The notes beneath the pieces were generated by a model. The model was not told the origin of the DNA. It worked only from the letters and a program-made list of their open reading frames with translations, and did not search any database. From contig CAYHAA010000017.1 of the NCBI GenBank assembly GCA_964354495.1, positions 36,939 to 68,938 of the forward strand: a stretch of 32,000 nt of DNA. Reading direction: 5' to 3'. Below, piece after piece: positions 1 to 8,508 of this stretch. Every line of letters starts with the position of its first letter. Position 1 is the stretch's first letter. This stretch comes from an uncultured archaeon. Its GTDB lineage: Archaea > Asgardarchaeota > Thorarchaeia > Thorarchaeales > Thorarchaeaceae. Both the position numbers and the translations under genes were made by a program.

Positions 1-1146
1 CTTAGAACCCAACGCAATAGACTCTCAAGAGAAGTTGGCAAACTGAAGAAATCTGGGCAGGATAACCCGCAGCTTGTGAAACAGGCCAACCAAGTGAACA
101 AGAGAATCTCCGAGATTGAGAAAGAAACTGACGAAGTCCAAGCGGAACTGAGGAAAAAACAGATGAGTATTCCCAATATGCTTCATGAGAGCGTTCCGTA
201 TGGAGTAGACGATGAGGGCAATGACGTCGTGCGGGAATGGGGAGGCAGACCAGAGTATGCTTTCAAGGTGCAGAGTCATGTGGACCTACTGCAATCGCTC
301 GACATTGGAGATCTGGAGAGAGCAGCCAAAGTTGCTGGGGCCAGATTCTACTATCTCAAGAATGAACTTGTGATGCTCGATCTTGCTATGCAGCAGATGG
401 CCCTAGAAATGCTCAGGAAGAAAGGATACACTCTCATCTATCCGCCATTCATGATAAGGCGTGAGCCCTACGAAGGAGTGACGGACCTAGCGGATTTTGA
501 AGATGTTATGTACAAGATTGAGGGAGAAGACCTGTATCTGATTGCCACGTCTGAGCATCCGATAGCTGCCATGTACATGGGAGAGATCCTCGAACCAGCT
601 GAACTTCCACTCAAACTAGCAGGAGTCAGCACTTGCTTCAGAAAGGAAGCAGGCTCTCATGGTAAGGACACAAAGGGGATATTTAGAGTACATCAATTCA
701 ACAAGGTCGAGCAATTCGTCTTCAGTCATCCGGACGAATCATGGCAAATCCATGAGGAATTGATTCGAAACGAGGAGGAGTATGTACAAGCCCTCAAGCT
801 ACCGTACCGCATAGTGAATGTCTGTACCGGTGATATTGGGATTGTTGCCGCCAAGAAGTATGACCTTGACTACTGGTTCCCCGGACAGCAAAAATATCGT
901 GAGGGTGGTTCCTGCAGTAACTGCACAGCATACCAGGCAACCCGTCTGGGCATAAAATACAGAGTCAAAAAAGGTGGCACTGAGAAGGCATTCCTACACA
1001 CGCTGAATAGCACGATGATGGCCAATCCTAGAACCTTGGTTGCCATTCTGGAGGTCTACCAGCAGGAAGATGGCAGTGTCAAGATACCTTCTGGGCTTCA
1101 CAGATATCTCCCCTCTGGGATGAAAGAGATTGCACCAAGAGCATAG
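1..1146 (+). CDS. serS: Seryl-tRNA synthetase, 5'-truncated by the window edge
   Basis: Frame is open from position 1 (LRTQRNRLSREVGKLKK...). Class II motifs LIATSEHP, FRKEAGSHGKDTKGIFRVHQFNKVEQF, SCSNCTAYQ and HTLNST are typical of archaeal/eukaryote-type SerRS. Confidence 0.97.
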   Translation, partial: LRTQRNRLSREVGKLKKSGQDNPQLVKQANQVNKRISEIEKETDEVQAELRKKQMSIPNMLHESVPYGVDDEGNDVVREWGGRPEYAFKVQSHVDLLQSLDIGDLERAAKVAGARFYYLKNELVMLDLAMQQMALEMLRKKGYTLIYPPFMIRREPYEGVTDLADFEDVMYKIEGEDLYLIATSEHPIAAMYMGEILEPAELPLKLAGVSTCFRKEAGSHGKDTKGIFRVHQFNKVEQFVFSHPDESWQIHEELIRNEEEYVQALKLPYRIVNVCTGDIGIVAAKKYDLDYWFPGQQKYREGGSCSNCTAYQATRLGIKYRVKKGGTEKAFLHTLNSTMMANPRTLVAILEVYQQEDGSVKIPSGLHRYLPSGMKEIAPRA

Positions 1147-1155
1147 ACTAACTGG

Positions 1156-2385
1156 TCACATGCCACCTTCCAGGCTCATCTTGATGGCATCGTCTATCGA
1201 TTTCTGAAGTGTAGGTGGAAGATCTGGGACCTTCAACTTAACAAAGCCGCGAATGATGAGTGAAGTTGCCTCCTCTTCGTCCAACCCTCGGCTCATGAGA
1301 TAACTGAGTTGTTCCGCTCCGACTTTCCCAATTGTAGCCTCGTGACTGAGCTCAGACCCCTCGGCCAGGGCAGCAAGCATAGGCACGGCTCTAATCACTG
1401 CTGAATTGCTGACAAGCAATCCATCGCACTCAAGCCTACCCTTTGTTTCGCTGGACAGGCCAACCAAATCCCCCCGAGCGGTAATCTCGCACTCATCGGT
1501 CGCTATTGACCTTGAAATGACCTTGCCACTGGACTTGGTCGCTTCGAGACTCAGAGAACCTCCAATATCATACTTCGACTTCTTGCTTCCGTAGACAACC
1601 GAGTATAGGTCAGCCTTGGCTCCTGTTCCAATTAGCTTGACCTTGGGGAATGCTTGGATGGACTTGGGAGAACTCAGTATTGCATAGCTTGAGATGAACG
1701 TGCCATTGTCCTCAACAAGAGTTGCCGTTCGCGGACGTACATCTGTCTTCTCACTCCACCTGTGAACCATGGTGAAAGTGAGCCGAGCCTTCTTCTTGAC
1801 ATAGAATTCTGACACTCCCAAATGCAGTGACTGCTCCACATTGGAGGGCGTCGCGCAACCTGTGATGACATGAAGTTCTGAGCCTTCTTCGGCTATGACA
1901 ATATTATGGACATTCTGAACGAATCGGTTCTTCTTCAGTATCAGGCAACTCTGAACTGGCATTTCGATTCTGGCTCCAGCAGCTGCCCGGACGAAGTAGC
2001 CATTGTACTGCTCTAGCTCACTTCTCGCTGTGTACTTATCTGTATCAACTGGTACAGCGTTCCAGAGATAGTCATGCAGCCAATCATATTTCTGAAGAGC
2101 CAAGTTCGTTGGTAAGACCTCAAGCCCTTTCTGTTGAATAAGAACATCTGCAAGGAGAGCTTCGTTGTCGAACTGTATGAAAGATCCCGAAACCCTCTCT
2201 TGTGAGGGGTCGAATCCCACCTCTCGTACCAGTGTACGATCCTTCTCTGAGAGGTCATCAATTGATTCGAAGGCACCAAGTCTAGAGGAGGAGTATTCAT
2301 ACTTGTCCAGGTCTAAATCACTACCATATGGAGCTGTCTTCTCTTTTGCTGAACGTGCGCGTTTCTTGGTGTCGTCAGATGGCAT
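1156..2385 (-). CDS. sufB: SufB/SufD-family Fe-S assembly scaffold (SmsB-like)
   Basis: VQNVHNIVIAEEGSELHVITGCA, GRLECDGLL and ELSHEATIGKVGAEQLSYLMSRGLDEEEATSLIIRGF motifs; lies directly downstream of sufC. Confidence 0.92.
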   Translation of the reverse strand: MPSDDTKKRARSAKEKTAPYGSDLDLDKYEYSSSRLGAFESIDDLSEKDRTLVREVGFDPSQERVSGSFIQFDNEALLADVLIQQKGLEVLPTNLALQKYDWLHDYLWNAVPVDTDKYTARSELEQYNGYFVRAAAGARIEMPVQSCLILKKNRFVQNVHNIVIAEEGSELHVITGCATPSNVEQSLHLGVSEFYVKKKARLTFTMVHRWSEKTDVRPRTATLVEDNGTFISSYAILSSPKSIQAFPKVKLIGTGAKADLYSVVYGSKKSKYDIGGSLSLEATKSSGKVISRSIATDECEITARGDLVGLSSETKGRLECDGLLVSNSAVIRAVPMLAALAEGSELSHEATIGKVGAEQLSYLMSRGLDEEEATSLIIRGFVKLKVPDLPPTLQKSIDDAIKMSLEGGM

Positions 2386-2398
2386 CAGATGGACCTCC

Positions 2399-3187
2399 TT
2401 ATCCTGTCACTTCAGCCAAGAACTTCTCGTAGCCTTTCTCTTCTAATACAGGAATATCACTCATGTCACCTGTGTAGACAAGTCTACCGCGCTGTAGTAT
2501 GTAGACTGCATCCACCTCCAAGAACTCCAAGATATAGCGATGATGACTGATTATTACGAGGGTGACATCACGCTTCTCTTTGATTGCCTTGAGTTCTCTT
2601 CCGACTGTCTTGAGGGAGTCATAGTCAAGCCCACTGTCCGGCTCATCGAGGAACATTATCTTGGGGCGCATTGATAGAACTTGGAAGAGCTCGCTTCTCT
2701 TTGATTCGCCACCGGAGAATCCATCATTGAGGTCACGGTTTGCAAGATTCCTGATACCAAGTCTTTCAAAATCATCGTACAATATCTGCTTGCATGTACA
2801 TGTTTCACCCATCAGGGCGTCGTGCACATCCGTACATTGGTAGTCAGGACAGACTCTACAGATGAAATCATCGAGCTTGACACCCGATATCCGCGGGGGC
2901 GTTTGAAAAGCGTAGGCAATTCCCATCCGCGCACGCTCGGTAATCGATTTGTTCTGGATTGATGTGCCATTGAAGAGAATATCGCCGCCGGTGACCTTGT
3001 ACTCCGGCAAACCCATGATGGTCTTGGCAAGTGTGGACTTGCCAGAGGCGTTGGGCCCAAGAATAGCATATACCTGCCCAGCTCGAAAAGCAAGATCCAC
3101 TCCGACAAGGATTGGAATGCCGCTTACTTCGACCCGCAGGTCTCGTGTTTCGAGAAGGGGATTATTATCCATTGAGATTGCCACCAT
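2399..3187 (-). CDS. sufC: SufC-type Fe-S assembly ABC ATPase (SmsC-like)
   Basis: Walker A GPNASGKST, Q-loop AFQTPP, signature FSGGESKR, Walker B FLDEPDSGLD, H-loop ISH; adjacent to sufB. Confidence 0.92.
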   Translation of the reverse strand: MVAISMDNNPLLETRDLRVEVSGIPILVGVDLAFRAGQVYAILGPNASGKSTLAKTIMGLPEYKVTGGDILFNGTSIQNKSITERARMGIAYAFQTPPRISGVKLDDFICRVCPDYQCTDVHDALMGETCTCKQILYDDFERLGIRNLANRDLNDGFSGGESKRSELFQVLSMRPKIMFLDEPDSGLDYDSLKTVGRELKAIKEKRDVTLVIISHHRYILEFLEVDAVYILQRGRLVYTGDMSDIPVLEEKGYEKFLAEVTG

Positions 3188-3376
3188 CAGAATCTATGAG
3201 CGTCATCGTTACGGATTGCTTCCATATGCAATTTCAGCCTCTTACTTTCTCGTATATGTACCAATTGTTTGAACTAAGAATCGAGATACAGATCGGTCTG
3301 CAATGTCAGACAGTTTGCTCTTCAAACATTATGCTTAAAACGACCTGCTGAATTCCGTCATTGCGGTGCATCACTA

Positions 3377-3844
3377 ATGAACGTACAACAGACTTTCGAG
3401 AAACTTGTTTCGCTTGCAATTCAGAGAGAGGAAGAATCATACCAGTTTTATATGAAGGCAGCCAAAGGCTCTGAATTCAAGCCATCAGCGAAACTACTCA
3501 AGGATCTAGCTCATCAAGAGGAAATTCATAAGAAGAAACTTCAGTCTGCTCAGAATGAGGGGGTCTGTCAAACATTCAAGTGCGGCACAGTAGAGGAACT
3601 TGAGAAGATGGATCTGAGTAGATATCTTGTCGATATTCCACTGGTGCCATCAGCCACTCCCCAAGAGGTACTCATAGTGGCAATCAAGAGAGAGGCTGCA
3701 GCACACAGTTTCTACAAATCTCTATCAGAACTGACTGGCAGCGGCAAACACCGCTCTGTATTCGAAATCCTGGCCAAAGAAGAGGAAGCACACAAGGATA
3801 GACTTCAGAATATGTATGACGACATCTTCCAGCCGGATATGTGA
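3377..3844 (+). CDS. Ferritin-like / rubrerythrin-family protein
   Basis: Two E...ExxH diiron helix pairs (AIQREEES...EEIH; AIKREAAA...EEAH); no rubredoxin domain. Confidence 0.85.
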   Translation: MNVQQTFEKLVSLAIQREEESYQFYMKAAKGSEFKPSAKLLKDLAHQEEIHKKKLQSAQNEGVCQTFKCGTVEELEKMDLSRYLVDIPLVPSATPQEVLIVAIKREAAAHSFYKSLSELTGSGKHRSVFEILAKEEEAHKDRLQNMYDDIFQPDM

Positions 3845-3893
3845 GGAGAACCCCCAGACATCATGATACGTAATAGCACGTGAGTAATCGTGA

Positions 3894-5174
3894 TTATAGC
3901 TCGTGAAGCTCAGGTGCCGCAATGAACGTCAGTCCACGTTTCGTCAGCTCCTCAGCTGTTCGATTCAGTGCATGGTGCTTATCCAAGTAGTTCTGCAGAA
4001 GCAGAGGCATGTGCCCCGCTTTGAGGATGTCCTCTTTGGTTCGGAAGTAATCAAGGATATCGCTAGGATGTTCACGTACCGTTTCGTTCTCAATAACGCC
4101 GCCCTCGTGTTTTGCACTGATGTTCTTCACGTGATTTGCCAAATCAAGCAGGTCAGAAAGCCGGTCATACGGCTGCCGAACAATGGACTTGTAGGTTTCC
4201 GTAATGTGATGCTCGATTCGCACCACATCTTCAAAATCGAAGGACTTCCGGATTTGCGCGGCCACCTCTATGGTTTCTTTATTGACACTATTGGAGAGGT
4301 TGAATCCGATGAGAGGGCTTGTCCCATTAGGACGACTGAATAGTTTCGCCGTCATTAGCGTCCATAGACATGCATATGGATTGTCGTTGCCCATGAACAC
4401 AGATATCTTGAACCCCATGTCGATACCGAGCTTATGCATCATGTAGCCGACTAGCACACTCCCGGGGTTGATATTGAGAACCTGTTGGACACCATACTTT
4501 GTATAATAATGCAAGAATTCGTCTGCCCACTTCAAGGGAAACTCATTCGGCATCCCAACGCCGCCGAAATAGCCGGTGATTGTCGCAGGACCGCCCAAAT
4601 GGACATTCACTGGTGCTCCATCTGGACCTGGATAGGTGCCCTTGGTATCAAGCGTTTCAACATATGAAGAACCGAATATCTGCATTGCTGCGGCAAACGC
4701 GATGACGTCATCATCTGCTGATTGTTCTGCCATTCGCCGAACCCTGATGAAGCGACTTGGCATTATCTCATCCTTCTCTATAGCCTGTCTGGTTTCTGTG
4801 ATGAGCCATGGAAAGTACTGGCATGCACTGATTTCAAGTGTAACAGCAAAACTATCATCGAATTTCATGGAGTTTGCCTTGTCGCCGAGCACCCGCCGCC
4901 TATACTCAGGAATTGATATGAACACATGATTGTCACGCTGTTCTTGAAGCCACTGAAGATCTCTGATATACGGAGACTTCTTTGAGTCAAGCATTTTCAG
5001 TAGGTTATCGAGTTTGCGTGCCTCGCGTGCCTTTCTATTGATCTCTTTGACTCCTCCATACTTGTCGATCAAGACAAGAACATCGGTCACAAGTTGATTC
5101 TCATCGCTGAGAAAGAAATCATTGATTTCTCTTAGTTTGTCTTCATCAATCAGCAGTTTCTTTCTATTGGTCAT
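3894..5174 (-). CDS. Hypothetical protein of unknown function (426 aa, enzyme-like)
   Basis: Long ORF with globular alpha/beta composition; I cannot assign a family. Confidence 0.8.
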   Translation of the reverse strand: MTNRKKLLIDEDKLREINDFFLSDENQLVTDVLVLIDKYGGVKEINRKAREARKLDNLLKMLDSKKSPYIRDLQWLQEQRDNHVFISIPEYRRRVLGDKANSMKFDDSFAVTLEISACQYFPWLITETRQAIEKDEIMPSRFIRVRRMAEQSADDDVIAFAAAMQIFGSSYVETLDTKGTYPGPDGAPVNVHLGGPATITGYFGGVGMPNEFPLKWADEFLHYYTKYGVQQVLNINPGSVLVGYMMHKLGIDMGFKISVFMGNDNPYACLWTLMTAKLFSRPNGTSPLIGFNLSNSVNKETIEVAAQIRKSFDFEDVVRIEHHITETYKSIVRQPYDRLSDLLDLANHVKNISAKHEGGVIENETVREHPSDILDYFRTKEDILKAGHMPLLLQNYLDKHHALNRTAEELTKRGLTFIAAPELHEL

Positions 5175-5311
5175 TTCAATGCGCCACCTATCTAGTGCGG
5201 CATGCTACGGCAAGCACGATAGCACGAAGTGCTGAGCAGAGTGGAGCCTAAAAACCGTTCTGACCACAGCTGGATTGCTAGGATTGCCCTCTGAACCAAC
5301 ATTCCAATTCC

Positions 5312-5896
5312 TCATTGGTCATGAGACTCCAATTCCTGAGTGTTCTCTTTGCTGTACCTCAAATCTCGAAGGTAAGAGCGAACTATGGGACCTACCGTCA
5401 GCGAACCAAAGGAGCCTACAATGACCTGTATCGAGTTGATGGTCACCAGCTCAGTAAGAGCGACTCCTATAGAATAGCCTAGGACAAGAACTTCTCCCAA
5501 TAGGTAGCCCACCAACATGACACAGGAGGCAACTATGACAGCGATTATGTCCCATGGACTTAACCTTGATTCTCGGCGCGTCCTGCTGCAGATAAGACCT
5601 ACTGCCATTCCTTCAAAACCCTTCACAATCAATGTGATTGGGGCATACCAAGGCGCAAGTATTAGGTCAGCAATGGCAGAACCAATCCCGCCTGCAACAA
5701 AGCCGCCAAGAGGCCCAAGAAGAAGCCCGCTCAGCATCACCAATACATCTCCAAGATTGAAGTAGCCACTCGTAGTTGGAAAGGGCACTACCAACACGAC
5801 TGTTGCCACTGTTGTCAGGGCCGTTAGGATTGCGAGCAATGATAGATAGAGGGTCAAATTCGGATATCTCGGATGAAAGTACTCCATCGATCTCAT
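5312..5896 (-). CDS. ECF transporter S component
   Basis: PFPTTSGYFNLGD...LLLGPLGGFVAGGIGSAIAD...YAPITLIVKGFEG pattern with multiple TM helices. Probable ATG at 5896 or 5887; the track's upstream extension looks non-coding. Confidence 0.88.
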   Translation of the reverse strand: MRSMEYFHPRYPNLTLYLSLLAILTALTTVATVVLVVPFPTTSGYFNLGDVLVMLSGLLLGPLGGFVAGGIGSAIADLILAPWYAPITLIVKGFEGMAVGLICSRTRRESRLSPWDIIAVIVASCVMLVGYLLGEVLVLGYSIGVALTELVTINSIQVIVGSFGSLTVGPIVRSYLRDLRYSKENTQELESHDQ

Positions 5897-6049
5897 CTTC
5901 CATACGCTGGACGTTTCAACGAAACGACAGAAAAGAAACAGCATATAACTCTGAGCCAAGACAAAGAGAAGTATTTTAACAAGAGCTGCGCATAGGAGGG
6001 GATGGGTAGTTGAACAAACTCCCACTTCCTATACGAGAGGTAGGGAAAA

Positions 6050-6430
6050 ATGAGCCAAAAATGGATACAGACTGCTGATTGGAAGACCGAGAAACATATC
6101 CCTGTGATTGAAATAGAGAAGGTCAAAGATGGTCGGGTCAATGTGAAAGTCACCGTTGGAAAGGAGATCCCGCATCCGAATACAACAGCTCATCACATAA
6201 AATGGATTGACTTGTTCTTATGGCCGGACGATGAGAAATTCCCAGTTGAGATAGGTTATGTCAGTTTTGATGCGCACGGAGAATCAGCCAAGGGGGCAGA
6301 TACAAGCTCTGTGTACACAGAGCCATGCGCAGTGTTCACATTCATGACCAAGAAAGCGGGAACTCTGATGGCGACCGCCTACTGCAACATTCATGGGCTT
6401 TGGAAGAGTGAGAAAGAGCTCAAGCTCTAG
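6050..6430 (+). CDS. Superoxide reductase (neelaredoxin / class II SORL)
   Basis: EKHIP, HP-NTTAHHIKWI and YCNIHGLW iron-ligand motifs; no desulforedoxin domain. Confidence 0.93.
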   Translation: MSQKWIQTADWKTEKHIPVIEIEKVKDGRVNVKVTVGKEIPHPNTTAHHIKWIDLFLWPDDEKFPVEIGYVSFDAHGESAKGADTSSVYTEPCAVFTFMTKKAGTLMATAYCNIHGLWKSEKELKL

Positions 6431-6713
6431 TTTCACCAAGTTCAGTGACAGCGGTTGGAGCTTGCTCACAGAATAGAGTGGCAGGCTTCCACTGCTCTGC
6501 TTTTCATCCATACTGGGAGAACCAAATTCAGTTGCCTTCAGAGTCCTCGAAGGCTTCAAATGGGAGAATCATTCCTCACGGGCGTTTCAAGTTCCAAGGA
6601 GCACAATTCCGGAGAGAAGAATCTCCTCCATATCACCATACAGCCCGTCGACAGTGTCTTGAAACTAGTCACATCTTGTGACTTCATCTTGTGTCCCTCA
6701 AGAGTGGCTTCGC

Positions 6714-6721
6714 TATATATA
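6714..6721 (+). promoter_or_regulatory. TATA-box-like element upstream of the micro-peptide pair
   Basis: TATATATA about 30 nt before the ATG at 6751, the spacing expected for a near-leaderless archaeal transcript. Confidence 0.55.
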
Positions 6722-6750
6722 CTCTGTCTGAGCAGTATTTCTCGTGAACT

Positions 6751-6858
6751 ATGATGGCTCTAGCAACTAACAACCGAACGATATCTGCGCTGAAGAACAA
6801 GACCGGTCGAATTCTCTCGACCGAGGCAATCACCTACGCCTACCAGTATAGGAGGTAA
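6751..6858 (+). CDS. Small peptide 1 (35 aa): MMALATNNRTISALKNKTGRILSTEAITYAYQYRR
   Basis: Manual translation; TATA box upstream; paralogous to the next ORF with differences at silent positions. Confidence 0.72.
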   Translation: MMALATNNRTISALKNKTGRILSTEAITYAYQYRR

Positions 6859-6864
6859 AGAATA

Positions 6865-6951
6865 ATGACTCAAGCTAAGAGAACAATCAGGAATTACCAC
6901 GATAAGAGAATCTCCACTGATGCAATCACCTATGCATACATGTACAGGTAG
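6865..6951 (+). CDS. Small peptide 2 (28 aa): MTQAKRTIRNYHDKRISTDAITYAYMYR
   Basis: Manual translation; SD GGAGGT at 6851-6856, 8 nt before the ATG; shares RTI...STxAITYAYxYR with peptide 1. Confidence 0.75.
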   Translation: MTQAKRTIRNYHDKRISTDAITYAYMYR

Positions 6952-6957
6952 ATCACG

Positions 6958-7065
6958 ATGACCCCCGAGAAAATTGTTCTTGAAAATCACTCTAGCTCGC
7001 CCAACGACAATGCCAAGCGTTGTTGCATGACTCCTGAGGAAGTGCTCATGCTCGAAGCAACCTGA
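6958..7065 (+). CDS. Possible third small ORF (35 aa): MTPEKIVLENHSSSPNDNAKRCCMTPEEVLMLEAT
   Basis: Starts 6 nt after the peptide 2 stop and fills the gap to the convergent gene; only a weak SD (AGGT). Confidence 0.25.
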   Translation: MTPEKIVLENHSSSPNDNAKRCCMTPEEVLMLEAT

Positions 7066-7098
7066 GCACTTCATTCTTTGTTTTCCGTACTTCAATCA

Positions 7099-7701
7099 CT
7101 ACATATCTGCCTTCACGATCCAGCTGACAAGCTCAGAATTCAGAGGATTCTCCTTGACGAACTCCTCGCGATAGGTTCCGCTCTTGAAGGCAAGAAGAAC
7201 ATTCTGCATCCCTCCATCGAAACCCACAATTCTCACTGCTCTTGCAAGCGAATTGGATCGGAAGGCAATCACTGTTGCAATCAGAGACACTGCAAAGATT
7301 ACAGTAAAGGTGAATACCCATGGAGAGATAGAAGTCCCTCTTGATATCGAATCGCCCAACAACAACAGACCGAAGAACATGAAAGCCATCGCAAGTCCAT
7401 CTACTATGAGGCACAATGATTTGTAGCGATCTTCCCCCTCGTCGGTGTAGTAATGATCAGCACATACTTGGATAGGCAGAACTCTCAGGTTAGGTTGTGG
7501 AATTCCTTGCTTTCTCCGAACCCGAGGGTCAAAGGAGGGGTCCCATTCACGTCGTAAGTACTGAGGCCTTCCGGATACAATGGTCAGGCGCGATGTTGTT
7601 GTTGCAGGATTTCCGCAGACAGGACATACTCTCGGGAAACGTGCTCTGGAGATGTCTACACGAACAATGGGTTCATCAAGGTAGAACTTCCTCGGGCTCA
7701 T
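7099..7701 (-). CDS. Membrane protein with N-terminal zinc-binding-like motif (CPVC...CADH) and two TM helices
   Basis: CxxC plus distal CxxH, followed by two hydrophobic segments. Confidence 0.8.
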   Translation of the reverse strand: MSPRKFYLDEPIVRVDISRARFPRVCPVCGNPATTTSRLTIVSGRPQYLRREWDPSFDPRVRRKQGIPQPNLRVLPIQVCADHYYTDEGEDRYKSLCLIVDGLAMAFMFFGLLLLGDSISRGTSISPWVFTFTVIFAVSLIATVIAFRSNSLARAVRIVGFDGGMQNVLLAFKSGTYREEFVKENPLNSELVSWIVKADM

Positions 7702-7808
7702 GGCATGTAGACTCCCTCACGGAAGAGGAGAAGAGAAGTGGGATAAAGAGTGTATCGACCTAGGCATTACTGCAGCATTTTTAACTCTCAAGATACGAGC
7801 ATTTCGCC

Positions 7809-8378
7809 ATGTACTACGGAGAGAAGGTTCATCTGAGAGCTCTAGAGCTTGAGGATTTAGACGTCGTCATGGAAAACTGGAACAACCTTGAGATGAGGCA
7901 GTTCCTAGCCACTGCATGGCCTATGTCGAAAAACATAGAGAGAAAATGGTTGGAACGGGTGACTACCATGGATCCATGGAAAGATGGTGGAATGGTGCTT
8001 GCCATCGAGGACAAGAAGACAAAGAAGTTCCTCGGCTCTACGAGTTTCTTTGATATATCAAAACAGAATCAGAGAGCTGAATTCGGTATAGCAATTCATA
8101 GCCCAGATAATTTTGGAAGAGGTTATGGAACTGACGCTGTGAGGCTGATGCTTTGGGTCGGGTTTCATATCCTTGGTCTAAACAGCATATTCCTAGTGAC
8201 GCTGGATACCAATGTGCGAGCTCAGCATGCGTACGAAAAAGCAGGTTTCAAACGGGCTGGGCTTTATAGACAGGCAACCTACATGATGGGAAAGTTCCAC
8301 GATTTTGTAGTCATGGATGCCATTCGGGAAGACTTTCTCAAACAATACCCACCAGGAACACAGATCAGCGGGCCGTAA
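7809..8378 (+). CDS. GNAT N-acetyltransferase, RimJ/RimL family
   Basis: VHLRALELED, AEFGIAI...FGRGYGTDA, N-RAQHAYEKAGFKRAG motifs. Confidence 0.92.
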   Translation: MYYGEKVHLRALELEDLDVVMENWNNLEMRQFLATAWPMSKNIERKWLERVTTMDPWKDGGMVLAIEDKKTKKFLGSTSFFDISKQNQRAEFGIAIHSPDNFGRGYGTDAVRLMLWVGFHILGLNSIFLVTLDTNVRAQHAYEKAGFKRAGLYRQATYMMGKFHDFVVMDAIREDFLKQYPPGTQISGP

Positions 8379-8508
8379 TCCGGCGAAAGAGTGAAAGGCA
8401 GGACAGTTCTGCGAAGCACAAGATGCAAAAGAAGGCTGACCGATACGAGATTATGCCTTTCAGGTGGGCACTCGTCGACGAGTCGACCAAAGCATGGAGC
8501 AGTTTCCA

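Noticed and set aside
6431-6750. Track ORFs 6445..6681, 6455..6754 and 6284..6559, and 6760..7095 on the minus strand
   Set aside because: No recognisable motifs; mutually overlapping; 6760..7095 is antisense to the better-supported peptide operon.
8470-8481. 12-bp palindrome CTCGTCGACGAG upstream of the transketolase gene
   Set aside because: Short, no nearby regulator or TATA context; plausible by chance in 32 kb.
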